A DNA stretch of 64,000 nucleotides from a candidate division FCPU426 bacterium (GCA_963771075.1 CAVYSE010000021.1:15591-79590); one strand, 5' to 3'; counted from the stretch's first letter, positions 28,891 to 39,276 are shown. Numbers and translations: made by a program. The notes: a model not told the origin generated them from the sequence alone.

Positions 28891-30960
28891 TTATACGGAT
28901 TTCGGATTCGAGCCCCAGGGGATCGCTCGAGTCCCGTTCGAAGGAGTCCGGTAGAATCCCGCACCCGCAAACCCCACCAGGGCCAAAAGACTGATAAAAA
29001 GCCCCAACCTGAAGCTCGTTGGTTCATAAGAAAGGCTGACCCGCCTAGCGCCGTTCGACAAAGGAACGCATAAGAAAATTCCATCCGCTTGGTAAATGGC
29101 TTGGGGCTTCCCGTCCACCCAAGACCGCCAGCCCGGCATGGCATTTTGCGTGATCACCCGGTAATCCCCTCCTCCCTCAAAGAATTGGGCGGACAGGGGC
29201 GGCTGGGAAGCTTCCGGGGGCAAGGAAATCGGTACGGGGTCCACGAAAAGCGTCTTCCGAGGATCCATCTCTCCCTTAGCCAAGAGGGTGAATATATTTT
29301 TCCTTTCGGCATAATTCGTCTTTCCGGTAAAGGTGAAGGAACCTCCCATGGTTCCGGGGTTTTTCCAAAGGGTCCAAGCCTCCTCGCTCCAAACCTTTTC
29401 AAAGGGCGGCGGCATTTGGTCCGAGGTGAGCAGCAGCAGGTCCACCCCCAACAGGTCCATTAATCGGCCCTTGGCATAGGGAAACCCATATTTGAAATAG
29501 GCATTCGCGTCCCAAGAACCCCAGGTCGGCCAGGTTGAACTGTAGATGTTGGCCAAAGGCAAAAAAGAGAAAAGATTGTTGTTGGGAATGAAGTGCTTGA
29601 AAAGGGGAGTTCCCATTCCGTGGGGATCGGGTTGGTAAAGGGCCCGATGTTCCTTTTCATTGGGCAGGACCAAGACCCGCCCCGAACCCAGGTGATCTTT
29701 TATTTTCCGGGTCTCTGTCTCAAGATTGGAATGAGGGGGTGTCAGATTCGTTTCATAGGGATAAAGCCAAATGGGGACGACCAGGAAAACAAGGCTGCAT
29801 ATAAAGCCGATCCATTGACTCATCTTTCCTTGTTTTGGAGAAAGGTCCTCCCAAATGAATCCCACCATAAAAATTACAAAAACATTGATCAAAACACAGC
29901 TCTTGGCAGGTTCCAAAAAGGTCGGAATGGGGAAGATCGAGGGAATCGATGTACCCACGAAAAAACCTGTCGCCCAAAGAAGGGTCAAAACAAAGGCGGT
30001 CAAAAAAAATAGGCTGTTTTGACCCAATCTTTTAAACATCAGAAGTCCGAGCAAAAGGGTCGCCACAGGGGCGGGGCCCGAATAAAGGTTGAAGAAAAAA
30101 TAGGAGGGTGAGGCGACGTAATCAGGGGTTGAAGGATTAGCCAAAGCGTTCCAATCAATAAAAGTCTTCAAGTTCTCCAACGGCAGGAAGAAATGGGGGT
30201 TGTTGGGTACCGCAGGCATGCGGACGGAATGGAGTAAAAAGAATTCAACCGACGGAAGCCATTGGGCCGTGGTCAAGAGAAGCCCAAGGCAAAAAGGCAT
30301 CACCAACTTCAGCGCGGAAGCCATTCCTCCAAAGTAAAGGGCGTAGGCGCCGCACCCGGCAAGGGTATAGATCAGGATTTGCGGATATCCCGCCAAGATC
30401 TGAAGGGCTAGGAGCAATGCCCACTTGGTGTTTCCCCAGGGCTTCCCATCCATCACTTCCTTGGTCGCCCAGAACATCCAGGGCATCCAGGCCATGGTGT
30501 CCATGGGCGCATTGCTCCCCAAATGGTTATATGCGCATGCGTTCAATAGTCCGATGGACGCGCTGAAAAAAGCCCAGAATACCCCTACCTTCGAGGCCCG
30601 AAGAAAAGTGAAGATTCCAACCGAAAAAACAAGCAGGTGAAGAATTCCGGAAATATTCCAGGCGGAAAGGCCCTTCCAAACGAATAGGAGTGTTCCGGGA
30701 TAAAAGGTTTCGGTGGCCCAACTGGCAAGCCAGGGCATTCCAAATCCGGAAAGGGGATTCCAAAGGGGAAGTTGCCCCTCCCTCAATGAGGAAAGAACGG
30801 ACCAACGGACCGGCAGGTTCCAAGTATCGTTCTCGGGACAAGCCAAGTGCAGTTCGGGATGAAATAAAAGGGGAAAGTAAGCCAGCAGGGTCAAAATCAG
30901 CCAACCGGAAGCCAAAACCAGATTTATCCGGATTAAACGGGGGGATGATTTCAGGTTCAT
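28891..30960 (-). CDS. YfhO-like polytopic membrane protein (putative GT-C glycosyltransferase)
   Basis: GQLPLWNP..GFGMP near the N-terminus, many TM segments, C-terminal PGWRSWVDG...Y.P.SFRLG. Confidence 0.82.
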   Translation of the reverse strand: MNLKSSPRLIRINLVLASGWLILTLLAYFPLLFHPELHLACPENDTWNLPVRWSVLSSLREGQLPLWNPLSGFGMPWLASWATETFYPGTLLFVWKGLSAWNISGILHLLVFSVGIFTFLRASKVGVFWAFFSASIGLLNACAYNHLGSNAPMDTMAWMPWMFWATKEVMDGKPWGNTKWALLLALQILAGYPQILIYTLAGCGAYALYFGGMASALKLVMPFCLGLLLTTAQWLPSVEFFLLHSVRMPAVPNNPHFFLPLENLKTFIDWNALANPSTPDYVASPSYFFFNLYSGPAPVATLLLGLLMFKRLGQNSLFFLTAFVLTLLWATGFFVGTSIPSIFPIPTFLEPAKSCVLINVFVIFMVGFIWEDLSPKQGKMSQWIGFICSLVFLVVPIWLYPYETNLTPPHSNLETETRKIKDHLGSGRVLVLPNEKEHRALYQPDPHGMGTPLFKHFIPNNNLFSFLPLANIYSSTWPTWGSWDANAYFKYGFPYAKGRLMDLLGVDLLLLTSDQMPPPFEKVWSEEAWTLWKNPGTMGGSFTFTGKTNYAERKNIFTLLAKGEMDPRKTLFVDPVPISLPPEASQPPLSAQFFEGGGDYRVITQNAMPGWRSWVDGKPQAIYQADGIFLCVPLSNGARRVSLSYEPTSFRLGLFISLLALVGFAGAGFYRTPSNGTRAIPWGSNPKSV

Positions 30961-31000
30961 TTAAACCATATTAAGGGTTTCTAAAAAAATCACAAATCTT

Positions 31001-31120
31001 TCGCCCCGGGCCCCGAGGGGCCCCAGAGAACAGGGTTAATATCTTTAAGGGTCCTCAAACCACAATATTTCATTGTTTTTCACCTTGCCTCTGTGCGTTG
31101 CCATAGGCGGCCCGGGGTGA
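31001..31120. repeat. Degenerate copy of the 3394-3585 element
   Basis: TCGCCCCGGGCC...GGCCCGGGGTGA arms; right arm GCCTCTGTGCGTTGCCATAGGCGGCCCGGGGTGA resembles 3552-3585. Confidence 0.6.
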
Positions 31121-31128
31121 TCTCTTTT

Positions 31129-31617
31129 TTACACACTTTCTCGCAATTGGCGCAACCGGCCCCGTCGTTTCAGTTCTTCCCGCAAATCCCTGATCTTTCC
31201 CGTCAATTTCTCATGGGGAATTTCCAGCAGGTTTCCCTCAATCTCCAGGTTCGCGGGCGATTCGAACTGATCGGTTTGAGAATCCACGAAAAGAACTTCC
31301 GGAACCTCCAACCCCTCCCGGTACTCATCCCCGATTTCGGCGAAATAAGCCGTCTTGTCCAATATCTTCGGGAACCGGTAAACGAGCGCGCCCAGGTTTT
31401 TCCCTCCCTCCACCACCAAATGGATGAAATGCACGTCCGACATGGCGTCTTCCAGGGCCAGTTTGTCCTCGGGAAAGTAAGCGGCCACGAACTGGATAAG
31501 CCAGGCGAATTGGTGTTCTAAAAAAGCTTTTTGTTGTGCCTGGATCTGCTCGATCTGCTCCTGCATTTCCTTTTCCGACATCGGGTTTTCGGAAGGTTCC
31601 AGGGGTGATTCCGGCAT
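31129..31617 (-). CDS. Hypothetical protein
   Basis: 162-aa ORF with AAGGA upstream and typical codon usage; no motif recognised. Confidence 0.65.
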   Translation of the reverse strand: MPESPLEPSENPMSEKEMQEQIEQIQAQQKAFLEHQFAWLIQFVAAYFPEDKLALEDAMSDVHFIHLVVEGGKNLGALVYRFPKILDKTAYFAEIGDEYREGLEVPEVLFVDSQTDQFESPANLEIEGNLLEIPHEKLTGKIRDLREELKRRGRLRQLRESV

Positions 31618-31784
31618 AAGTTTCCTTTCTTTACGTCGCTATTCACTTCAAAACAACAAGGAAGATTCATTTTCGGGCCCAACACCGAACCAAGATCAAA
31701 CCACCTCATCGTCTTATGTTTTAACCGGATGGGCGTCTTTGCTTTCTTCACGTCATCCTGGTAAATCCCGTGTCCTATCCGAAG

Positions 31785-32345
31785 TCACGTAATCAACGGG
31801 AAAATTTCAACGTTGGTATAGATCGATCCCCGGGGGGTTAACTTGCTCTCGATGAGCTTGATTTCCTTCACTACAAAACTTCCCAGGGAGGCGGGGGCGG
31901 CTTTTTGGACCCTTTCCCACCCCGTCGGATCGGCGCCTTCTTCCCTCACCCGTCCCAGGGTGACATGAGGACTGAACTTTCGGTTTTCCCTGGGAAAGCC
32001 CGCCTTCTCCAGGGGTCCTGCCATCTTCTCGAACAGGTCCACCACCTCATCCCGGCCCTGGAGGACATTCATGAATAACGCGTTGGGCTTTTTCATGTTG
32101 GGAAAGGCTCCCAGTCCGCCCATTTCCAATTCGAACGAGCAATAACCTTGGATCCCCATCTTCAAGGCGGCGGTCAAATTCGTCATTTGTTCCGGCTTGG
32201 TTTCCCCCAGGAAAACCAGGGTCAAGTGAAGCTTCTTCGAGTCCACCCACTTGACCGGCAAATCAAAACCCTGGGCGACCGCCAAAAAACCCTTGATGTT
32301 TTCAGCGGGAGTTCCTTCGATCTCAATGGCCGTAAAAAGTCTCAT
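31785..32345 (-). CDS. thpR: RNA 2',3'-cyclic phosphodiesterase
   Basis: MRLFTAI, HLTL and PHVTLGR (2H motifs); follows cinA. Confidence 0.94.
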   Translation of the reverse strand: MRLFTAIEIEGTPAENIKGFLAVAQGFDLPVKWVDSKKLHLTLVFLGETKPEQMTNLTAALKMGIQGYCSFELEMGGLGAFPNMKKPNALFMNVLQGRDEVVDLFEKMAGPLEKAGFPRENRKFSPHVTLGRVREEGADPTGWERVQKAAPASLGSFVVKEIKLIESKLTPRGSIYTNVEIFPLIT

Positions 32346-32361
32346 GTCTTGGCTCGAATCA

Positions 32362-33615
32362 TCATCCCTTGAGGGCCATGCCCAATACGTGACGCCTCAA
32401 AAGTTCCAGGGCCGCCTGGCTCGCGCGGAATTGGATATTTTCTCGGCTTCCGAAAAGGCGGAATTCCACGCTTTGGCTTCCCGTCTCATCGGCCAAACCC
32501 ATCCACACCAGGCCCACCGGCTTTTCGGGCGTTCCCCCGTCCGGTCCGGCGATGCCGGTTGTTGAAAGCGCCAGGGAGGCGCCGGAACGTTTCAGGGCGC
32601 CTTCCGCCATCCTCATCGCCACCTCGGAGCTGACCGCCCCCTTGGTTTTCAAAAGAACGGGATCCACGCCGAACAGGTCGGTTTTGACCTCGTTGCTGTA
32701 GGCAACATATCCCGCCTTGAAATACTTGGAACTTCCGGGTATCCGGGTGATCCGATGGGCGATTAAACCTCCGGTGCAGGACTCGGCCAGCGCCAGGCTC
32801 AGTCCCCGTGTCAGGAGCATTCGGCCCACGATGGCCTCCAGGTCCTCCAGGTCCAAGCCATAGATATGGTTCGGCAAAAGCTGGGTGAGCTTCTTGCCCA
32901 ACCCATCCAAAAGCGGATCGGCCTCGGCGTCGCTGGCGGCTTTGGCCGTCAAGCGGATGTCCACCCCTTCCTTGTGGGCCAGCACCCCCACCGTGGGGTT
33001 GGTGGACCGCTCGAACAATTCCTTGATGATGTCGTTCAATTGCGATTCGGACATTCCCGTCGTGCGGTAAACCCTCGACTTGATCAGGCTTCCGGACGGG
33101 TTCATTTCTTTCAAGAAGGGTTTCACGGTCCCCTCGAACATCGCCTTCATCTCCGCCGGTACGCCCGGCATGCAGGCCAGGTGGCATTTGCCGACCTTGA
33201 CGATAAAACCGGGGGCAGTCCCCACCGGGTTGGGAATGATCACGGCGCCCTGAGGGATAAAGGCCTGGTTCAGGTTGGATTGGGGGAAGGCCATCTTGTT
33301 GCGCAAAAACCTGGCCTCAATGGCCTTCGCGATGTCCTCATGGTAAACAAGGGTTTTACCGGCCAACTTGGCGGCGACTTTCCGGGTCACGTCATCCACG
33401 GTCGGCCCCAGCCCGCCGGTGCTGAGAACCACCTGGCCGCGCTCGCAGGCCCCCTTCAGGGCGGTTTCAATCCGCTTCTCGTTGTCGCCCACGGCTTGGG
33501 AGCCGAAAACGTCAATGCCCAATTGGGCCATTTCCTTGGCCAGCCAGGCGGTGTTGGTATCCACGCTCTGGCCCAGCAATAATTCGGTTCCAATGACGAC
33601 GATTTCACCGTTCAT
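32362..33615 (-). CDS. cinA: Competence/damage-inducible protein CinA
   Basis: IGTELLLG, GGLGPTVDD, MPGVPAEM, AESCTGG and TGIAGPDGG motifs; start ATG 33615. Confidence 0.95.
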   Translation of the reverse strand: MNGEIVVIGTELLLGQSVDTNTAWLAKEMAQLGIDVFGSQAVGDNEKRIETALKGACERGQVVLSTGGLGPTVDDVTRKVAAKLAGKTLVYHEDIAKAIEARFLRNKMAFPQSNLNQAFIPQGAVIIPNPVGTAPGFIVKVGKCHLACMPGVPAEMKAMFEGTVKPFLKEMNPSGSLIKSRVYRTTGMSESQLNDIIKELFERSTNPTVGVLAHKEGVDIRLTAKAASDAEADPLLDGLGKKLTQLLPNHIYGLDLEDLEAIVGRMLLTRGLSLALAESCTGGLIAHRITRIPGSSKYFKAGYVAYSNEVKTDLFGVDPVLLKTKGAVSSEVAMRMAEGALKRSGASLALSTTGIAGPDGGTPEKPVGLVWMGLADETGSQSVEFRLFGSRENIQFRASQAALELLRRHVLGMALKG

Positions 33616-33690
33616 CCGTATGGCTCCTCTAGGATATGGAACTTTTGCGGGCCGCTGAAAAAGCCCCTTCACATCGAGATCGGCTCCGCT

Positions 33691-34152
33691 TTAGGTGGCG
33701 ATGAAACGGGCTAAAAAAGCGCCGATCTGCAGCCAAATATTGGCGTAGATGCCCGCCAAGAGATCGTCCAACATGATTCCCCATCCCCCGGGAAGCTTTT
33801 CCAGGTCCCGGATGGGATAGGGTTTCCAAATATCGAAAATGCGAAAAAGCACCAAGGCCATTAGGACATAGGGCCATTCCCGTGGAACCCACAATAGCGC
33901 CACGCCCATTCCCAACACCTCATCGATGACGCAACAGGAAGGGTCCGTGAGCCCCATTTCTTGGGCGGTGACACCCGTGACCGCCGCGCCCACGAACAAT
34001 ATGCCCGCCAGTACGCCCAACAGCCAAAGGGGCCGATCCATCAGGAGATAAAGCAGGGGCAGGGAAAGGACCGAGGCCCAGGTTCCCGGGGCCGTCGGAA
34101 GGAGCCCCACAAAACAAAAGGTCGAGAGGAAGAAACAGATTTTCTTGATCAT
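33691..34152 (-). CDS. pgpA: Phosphatidylglycerophosphatase A
   Basis: APGTWAS, VIDEVLG, FRIFDIWKP and GIMLDDLLAG motifs; start ATG 34152 inside the longer track ORF. Confidence 0.93.
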   Translation of the reverse strand: MIKKICFFLSTFCFVGLLPTAPGTWASVLSLPLLYLLMDRPLWLLGVLAGILFVGAAVTGVTAQEMGLTDPSCCVIDEVLGMGVALLWVPREWPYVLMALVLFRIFDIWKPYPIRDLEKLPGGWGIMLDDLLAGIYANIWLQIGAFLARFIAT

Positions 34153-34799
34153 GGGTTGTCCTTCAGAACGTTCTTGTTCTTGAAAAAATAATCCAGTCCC
34201 GAAAGGATGGACAAGGCGGTCGCGTAAAACATCAGCCAGTAGGGTCCGTACCAGACCAAATGGTTGATCCAATCGCCCGTCACGCCCAGTTTGGCGATCA
34301 CGACGTCCCAGTTGCCCTGGTAACGCTCCACGGTCGCGCGAACGCAAATGATGGCGAGGATCACCGAGATCGCCACAATCTGGGACACGGTCTTGTGCTT
34401 TCCCGCCCGGCTGGCGGCGATCACCACATTCCGGCTCAGCGCCACCTGGCGGAAACCGGTGATCAAGGTTTCCCGGGCGATGATCACCACGACCATCCAG
34501 GCCGGCACCAGTTCCAACTGGACGAAGGCCAACAAGACCGAAAGGAACAAGATTTTGTCGGCGATCGGGTCCATCAAGGTCCCGAAATCGGTCTTGAGGT
34601 TGTATTTGCGGGCCAGGTAGCCGTCGAAATAATCGCTCAACGCGCCCAAGGCGAAGAGAATGCCGGCCGTCCATTTCGCCCAAAGCTCAGCGCGGAAGAT
34701 CAGCACCAGGAAAATGGGCGTCACCAGGATTCGAAAAAAAGTCAGCAGGTTGGCGATATTCCAACGGTTATTGGTCAATAAAAACTTGGGCAGGATCAT
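34149..34799 (-). CDS. pgsA: CDP-diacylglycerol--glycerol-3-phosphate 3-phosphatidyltransferase
   Basis: NIANLLTFFR and SDYFDGYLAR...FGTLMDPIADK motifs; start ATG 34799. Confidence 0.94.
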   Translation of the reverse strand: MILPKFLLTNNRWNIANLLTFFRILVTPIFLVLIFRAELWAKWTAGILFALGALSDYFDGYLARKYNLKTDFGTLMDPIADKILFLSVLLAFVQLELVPAWMVVVIIARETLITGFRQVALSRNVVIAASRAGKHKTVSQIVAISVILAIICVRATVERYQGNWDVVIAKLGVTGDWINHLVWYGPYWLMFYATALSILSGLDYFFKNKNVLKDNP

Positions 34800-36250
34800 T
34801 CGGAAACCTTGTTCATCGTCGGGTGCGCCACCAAATCTTGGCCCAAAACATGGGAAATTTCCACTTCCAACCACTGGCCCTTTTGCGCTTGGGGAAGGCC
34901 CTCGATTAATACCGACCCATCCACCTCCGGCGCCTGGTATCGGGTGCGGGCCTGGGCCGGGCCCTGGGGGTCTACTTCCTCGACCACCGCTTTTAGACGC
35001 TCTCCCACCCACCTTTGGTGCGCTTTTTCGGCAATTGCGCCTTGGATTTGATAGGCCTGGGCCAGCCGTTCCTTCTTGATCTTTTCGGATACCTGTCGGC
35101 CCATGACGCCCGCGGGCGTGTCCTCTTCCTTGGAATAGGCGAAGAAACCCGCGTAATCCAGTTGGGCAAAATCCAGGAATTCTTCCAATTCCTTGAAATC
35201 CTGGTCGGTCTCCCCCGGGAAACCCACGATAAAGGTGGACCGCAGGGCGGCTTGGGGCAGCTTGGTCTTGATTCGTTCGAGTAATTTTTCCAGGGAAGCC
35301 CGGTTCCCGATACGTTTCATGGCCTTCAATATCTTGTCGCTGGCATGCTGGAGGGGCACGTCGAAATAGGGCGCGATACGCTCGTGACCGGCCATGACTT
35401 CCAGCATCTCGTCCGTCACCCGGCTCGGGTAGAGATAATGGAGCCGAACCCACTCCAATTTCTTGATCGCCGATAGTTTCCTTAACAGGCTGGAAATCTG
35501 GGGTTTGCCATATCGGTCCGACCCGTACCAGGTGCTGTCTTGGGCCACCAGACAAAGTTCCTTCACGCCTTGTTCCGCCAATTGCCTCGATTCCCTTTCG
35601 ATATCTTCCAGGGACCGGCTTCGGTAGTGGCCCCGGATCTTGGGGATGATGCAGAAGGTGCAGGGCAGGTCGCACCCTTCCGAGATCTTCACATAAGCGA
35701 AATGGGATGGGGTGGAGAGAAAGCGGGGCGAGGAGGCGTCATAAACGTAGGTAGCTTCATTGAATGAATGGGACAATAGGGGCGGCTTCGTTTCGGCCTG
35801 GATTTGATAAACCGGTAATGGTTCGCCCGGGAATGGGTTGACTTCCGGATAGCCCTTGGCGTCCGTGCGTCTTCGCGATGTTCCTTGAAGTTCGCTTGCG
35901 ACGTTCTCGACGTCGTTCAACCCGAAAAGAATATCGATCTCGGGAAGTTCCTTCCTCAGTTCCTCCCCGTACCTCTGGGCCAGGCATCCGCCCACCACGA
36001 GCGACTTCAGTTTTCCCGTTTTGCGAAGCTTGGCGGCGTCCAGGATTGCGTCGATGGATTCCTTTTTGGCGGCCTCGATGAAACCGCAGGTGTTCACGAT
36101 GATGACTTCCGCCTGGGCGGGATCTTGGACCAGGGCATATTGGGCTTGGGCCAAGCGGCCCAGCATGACCTCGCTGTCCACGGTATTCTTGGGACAACCC
36201 AGGCTGATCACGGCGACGGTTTTGGTTTTGGAGGCGATGGGGGTCTTCAT
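34796..36250 (-). CDS. rimO: Ribosomal protein S12 methylthiotransferase
   Basis: SLGCPKNTVDSE, NTCGFI, EGCDLPCTFC and QAPEVDG motifs; start ATG 36250. Confidence 0.96.
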   Translation of the reverse strand: MKTPIASKTKTVAVISLGCPKNTVDSEVMLGRLAQAQYALVQDPAQAEVIIVNTCGFIEAAKKESIDAILDAAKLRKTGKLKSLVVGGCLAQRYGEELRKELPEIDILFGLNDVENVASELQGTSRRRTDAKGYPEVNPFPGEPLPVYQIQAETKPPLLSHSFNEATYVYDASSPRFLSTPSHFAYVKISEGCDLPCTFCIIPKIRGHYRSRSLEDIERESRQLAEQGVKELCLVAQDSTWYGSDRYGKPQISSLLRKLSAIKKLEWVRLHYLYPSRVTDEMLEVMAGHERIAPYFDVPLQHASDKILKAMKRIGNRASLEKLLERIKTKLPQAALRSTFIVGFPGETDQDFKELEEFLDFAQLDYAGFFAYSKEEDTPAGVMGRQVSEKIKKERLAQAYQIQGAIAEKAHQRWVGERLKAVVEEVDPQGPAQARTRYQAPEVDGSVLIEGLPQAQKGQWLEVEISHVLGQDLVAHPTMNKVSE

Positions 36251-36376
36251 GACGGCATACTCTAACATAAGAGCCCAATAATTTCGGGCCTTCGGCGGAG
36301 CAAAATAGCTCAAGAAGGGTTAACAAAACTTCGGTATTCCGACCCGCTCTTGAGGTCGTTTGAAACTCCGGTCTTT

Positions 36377-37099
36377 TCAAAAATATCGTTTGATCATGGC
36401 CTGGCCGACCGTAAAGAAAAGCGCCGCGTCCAGCATGGCGAAAAGCCCGAACCCCACAAAGGTCCAGGTCGTGAGATGCAGGTTCAACCGACGCGCGTGC
36501 TCATGCAGGGAGTCGTGGTATTCCCGGGTGTCCTCCCGGAAATAAAGGTAAAAGCCAAGGATCAAAAGCATCGGAGAGGCGTAAATGAGGTTGTAAAAAA
36601 GGATATAAGCCAACACTCCCGGCACCGCCAGGTGAAGGGCCGAATATTGGGTAAGAGCCAGGAAATAAGGGATCGAGCCGGGAAACGACACGAGGGAAAT
36701 GAATCCACCGATACAAAAAGCGAAAAGGCCGTTCATGTGGATTAGTTTTGTGAGGAGCCATTGGATCAAACGGTTCCGGGGCGCCCTCTTCTTCCTGAAA
36801 AAAGTCCAAAGGCCAATGGCGGTCAGGATCAGCCCCGAGAAGAATTCCGATTGGTAATAGACCCGGTTCGGGACGTTTTTGTAGGGAAACATACGGCTGA
36901 TGATCTCTCTCAAAGCGTCGAGCGCGTAATATCCCCCGAAACCGCAAAGAAAATAGACACCGGCCAGCCCGATCAGGTAGGCCACCGCGTTTCGGATGGG
37001 ATTTTCCGTCGTCAGCAGCAGGACAAACACGATGATCTGGAGGGTCGTCGAAAGGCTGTCGAACAAGGAAAGCGGGACAGTCGATAGTATTTCGTTCAT
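36377..37099 (-). CDS. GAP/SfLAP-like (LysE superfamily) membrane protein
   Basis: LFDSLS N-terminus, about six TM segments, PGSIPYF and YNLIYASP. Confidence 0.65.
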   Translation of the reverse strand: MNEILSTVPLSLFDSLSTTLQIIVFVLLLTTENPIRNAVAYLIGLAGVYFLCGFGGYYALDALREIISRMFPYKNVPNRVYYQSEFFSGLILTAIGLWTFFRKKRAPRNRLIQWLLTKLIHMNGLFAFCIGGFISLVSFPGSIPYFLALTQYSALHLAVPGVLAYILFYNLIYASPMLLILGFYLYFREDTREYHDSLHEHARRLNLHLTTWTFVGFGLFAMLDAALFFTVGQAMIKRYF

Positions 37100-38517
37100 T
37101 TAAGTTTTCCTCTCGTGGCCCGGTCAATACTGCGGGTGATGACCCGCGCTAAAAGCCTGATATCCTTCTCGCGGATGGCCAAGGGCGGCATCAGGACGAT
37201 CACATTGCCCAAGGGGCGCAATAACACCCCCTGCTTCTTCGCCTCGGCGCAAACCCGGTAACCCATTTTCAGTGGATAGGGATAGGGTTCGTTGGTTGCC
37301 TTGTTTTGGATCAGTTCAATACCGCCCATCAGGCCCCGCAAGCGGATATCCGACACGTGGGGATGGTCCCCCAGGGGCTCTAAAAGCGTTTGAAGAAGAT
37401 GGCTCTTTTCTTGAATCCCTCTCAGGAACCCCTTTCTCCCCATCAATTGCAAATTGGCGATGGCGGCCGCGCAGCCAAGTTGGTTTCCCATGAAGGTGTG
37501 ACCGTGATAGAAGGTTCGGCCCGACTCGAACTTGCCCAGGAAGGCCCGGTAAACCTTTTCGGTGGCCAGGGTGGCCGCGACCGGCAGGTATCCGCCCGTC
37601 AGGTTCTTGGCCAAGCAGAGCAGGTCCGGAAGTACCCCCTCCTGCTCGCAGGCGAACATCGTTCCGGTCCGTCCGAAACCGGTGGCCACCTCATCCAGAA
37701 TCAAGAGAACGTTATATCGGTCGCATAGCCCTCGAATGGCCTTGAGATAACCCCAAGGATGGGTCAGCATCCCCCCGGCCCCTTCAATCAGGGGTTCCAT
37801 ATGGACCGCCGCCAAGCGGGAACCGTATTTCTTGAAAACTCCCTCGGCTTCCCCCACGCAATCTTTCAGCCATTTTGCGTTCGAGACTTTTCGATTGGGG
37901 TACTCAAAGGGGCTTTTCACTTTGAGGGTTTTGAAGAGCATGGGCCCGAAAATGCCGTGGAAAAGGTCGATCCCGCCCAGGCTGACCGATCCGATCGTAT
38001 CACCGTGATACCCTTCCTTGATTGTTAAGAAGAGGTTTTTCTGATCGTCATATTCTGTTTTTTTGCCGTTCTTCGTGTCTTCGCGGCTTCGTGTTGAATG
38101 TTGGTTTTTGTCCCTAACCTGTTGCCAATATTGAAAAGCCATCTTGGCCGCGATCTCATTGGCTTCCGAACCCGAATCTGAATAAAAAACACGTGTCAGG
38201 CCCTTGGGCGCCAGCTTGACCAGCATTTCCGCCAGCAATATGGCTGGCTCATGGGTGGCCCCCAGCAGGGTGGAATGGGCTATTTTCTTGAGCTGTTTTT
38301 GGATGGCCCTGTCGATTTCGGGCACCTGGTGGCCATGCACGTTGCACCAGAGGGAGGATACGCCATCGAGGTATTTATTCCCCTTGGCGTCGTATAGATA
38401 GGTCCCCTTCCCCCGGGTAATGACGGTGATATCCGGGTCCCTTTCCCATTCCTGTTGTTGGGTAAAGGGATGCCAGAGGTACTTTTTATCTTTTCGGGAG
38501 AGGGTTTGATGGTTCAT
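37096..38517 (-). CDS. bioA: Adenosylmethionine--8-amino-7-oxononanoate transaminase
   Basis: WHPFTQ, SSLWCNVHGH, GYHGDT, DEVATGFGRTG, LAKNLTGG and HGHTF motifs. Confidence 0.96.
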   Translation of the reverse strand: MNHQTLSRKDKKYLWHPFTQQQEWERDPDITVITRGKGTYLYDAKGNKYLDGVSSLWCNVHGHQVPEIDRAIQKQLKKIAHSTLLGATHEPAILLAEMLVKLAPKGLTRVFYSDSGSEANEIAAKMAFQYWQQVRDKNQHSTRSREDTKNGKKTEYDDQKNLFLTIKEGYHGDTIGSVSLGGIDLFHGIFGPMLFKTLKVKSPFEYPNRKVSNAKWLKDCVGEAEGVFKKYGSRLAAVHMEPLIEGAGGMLTHPWGYLKAIRGLCDRYNVLLILDEVATGFGRTGTMFACEQEGVLPDLLCLAKNLTGGYLPVAATLATEKVYRAFLGKFESGRTFYHGHTFMGNQLGCAAAIANLQLMGRKGFLRGIQEKSHLLQTLLEPLGDHPHVSDIRLRGLMGGIELIQNKATNEPYPYPLKMGYRVCAEAKKQGVLLRPLGNVIVLMPPLAIREKDIRLLARVITRSIDRATRGKLK

Positions 38518-38593
38518 GGGAGGAAATTATACAGAACTTATTTCAAAGTTTGCCGAAGGTATTTCGGGTTGAAGTCCTGAACAAAGCAAATCC

Positions 38594-39010
38594 TCAAGCC
38601 CCCTCGGCCTTGAACCCCAAGGCTTGGGCTGCCCTCGCTAGGGATTTATCGTGGGTGGAGACGGTTAAATCATCCCCCGTCTCGTCCCTCCACGCGATAG
38701 CCGTGGAAAGGTGGATGGCGTCCAACGTGCCCAAGGCCACGGGAAAAGGTCCGGATGCCCTGCGCAAAATGACCGGGGTCGGTTGGATAATTTCCATGGC
38801 TTCCATCGACTGAAAAAGGGCTTTCCGGAAGGAAGCATTCTGTTCCTCGGTCATTTCCCCCGTCACACGCATCCGGTCTAGGGTGCGCAGGCACTCTACC
38901 TCTACCAGGCTGCTGGCGATTTTTTGGCCGTAACGCGAGAATTCGCGGAAGGGATCAGGCTGGTTCAAGAGGATACGAAGCAGGACCGAGGAGTCCAGGT
39001 ATGCGTTCAT
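38594..39010 (-). CDS. vapC: PIN-domain toxin
   Basis: YLDSSVLL...E...TLDAIHL...THD; coupled to the upstream antitoxin. Confidence 0.92.
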   Translation of the reverse strand: MNAYLDSSVLLRILLNQPDPFREFSRYGQKIASSLVEVECLRTLDRMRVTGEMTEEQNASFRKALFQSMEAMEIIQPTPVILRRASGPFPVALGTLDAIHLSTAIAWRDETGDDLTVSTHDKSLARAAQALGFKAEGA

Positions 39011-39276
39011 CGGTAACTTTGGCGTTCTTCGGCCAAATACCTTAGAACATCAACCTTCTTCCCCAGGCGCGGCGGAAACTGAATCTGTTCAGGGCGCAAA
39101 GTCGCGTGGCGAATAGACAGTTGGCTCGGCTTATCGGGATAGGGAACGACTTGGGCCACGGGGGTGCGCCGGTCCACCAATGTCAGGGGATGCCCGTTTC
39201 GGACGTTTCGGAGGTATTCGCTCAAGTGCGCCTTAAAGTCGGCGATTTGCACGGTTGTTTTTTCTGTTTTATTCAT
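39007..39276 (-). CDS. Phd/YefM-type antitoxin
   Basis: VQIADFKAHLSEYLRNV..G.....DRRTPVA; start ATG 39276. Confidence 0.9.
   Translation of the reverse strand: MNKTEKTTVQIADFKAHLSEYLRNVRNGHPLTLVDRRTPVAQVVPYPDKPSQLSIRHATLRPEQIQFPPRLGKKVDVLRYLAEERQSYR

Noticed and set aside
31001..31120. 6S or SRP RNA
   Set aside because: The SRP loop motif is absent, it is short for 6S, and the arms match the dispersed element at 3394-3585.
31518..31751. 77-aa ORF between thpR and the hypothetical gene
   Set aside because: It overlaps the next gene by 100 bp and has no motif; it cannot be supported.
34800..35675. Long N-terminal extensions of the pgsA (508 aa) and pgpA (330 aa) track ORFs
   Set aside because: They overlap rimO and pgsA in other frames; the real starts are 34799 and 34152.
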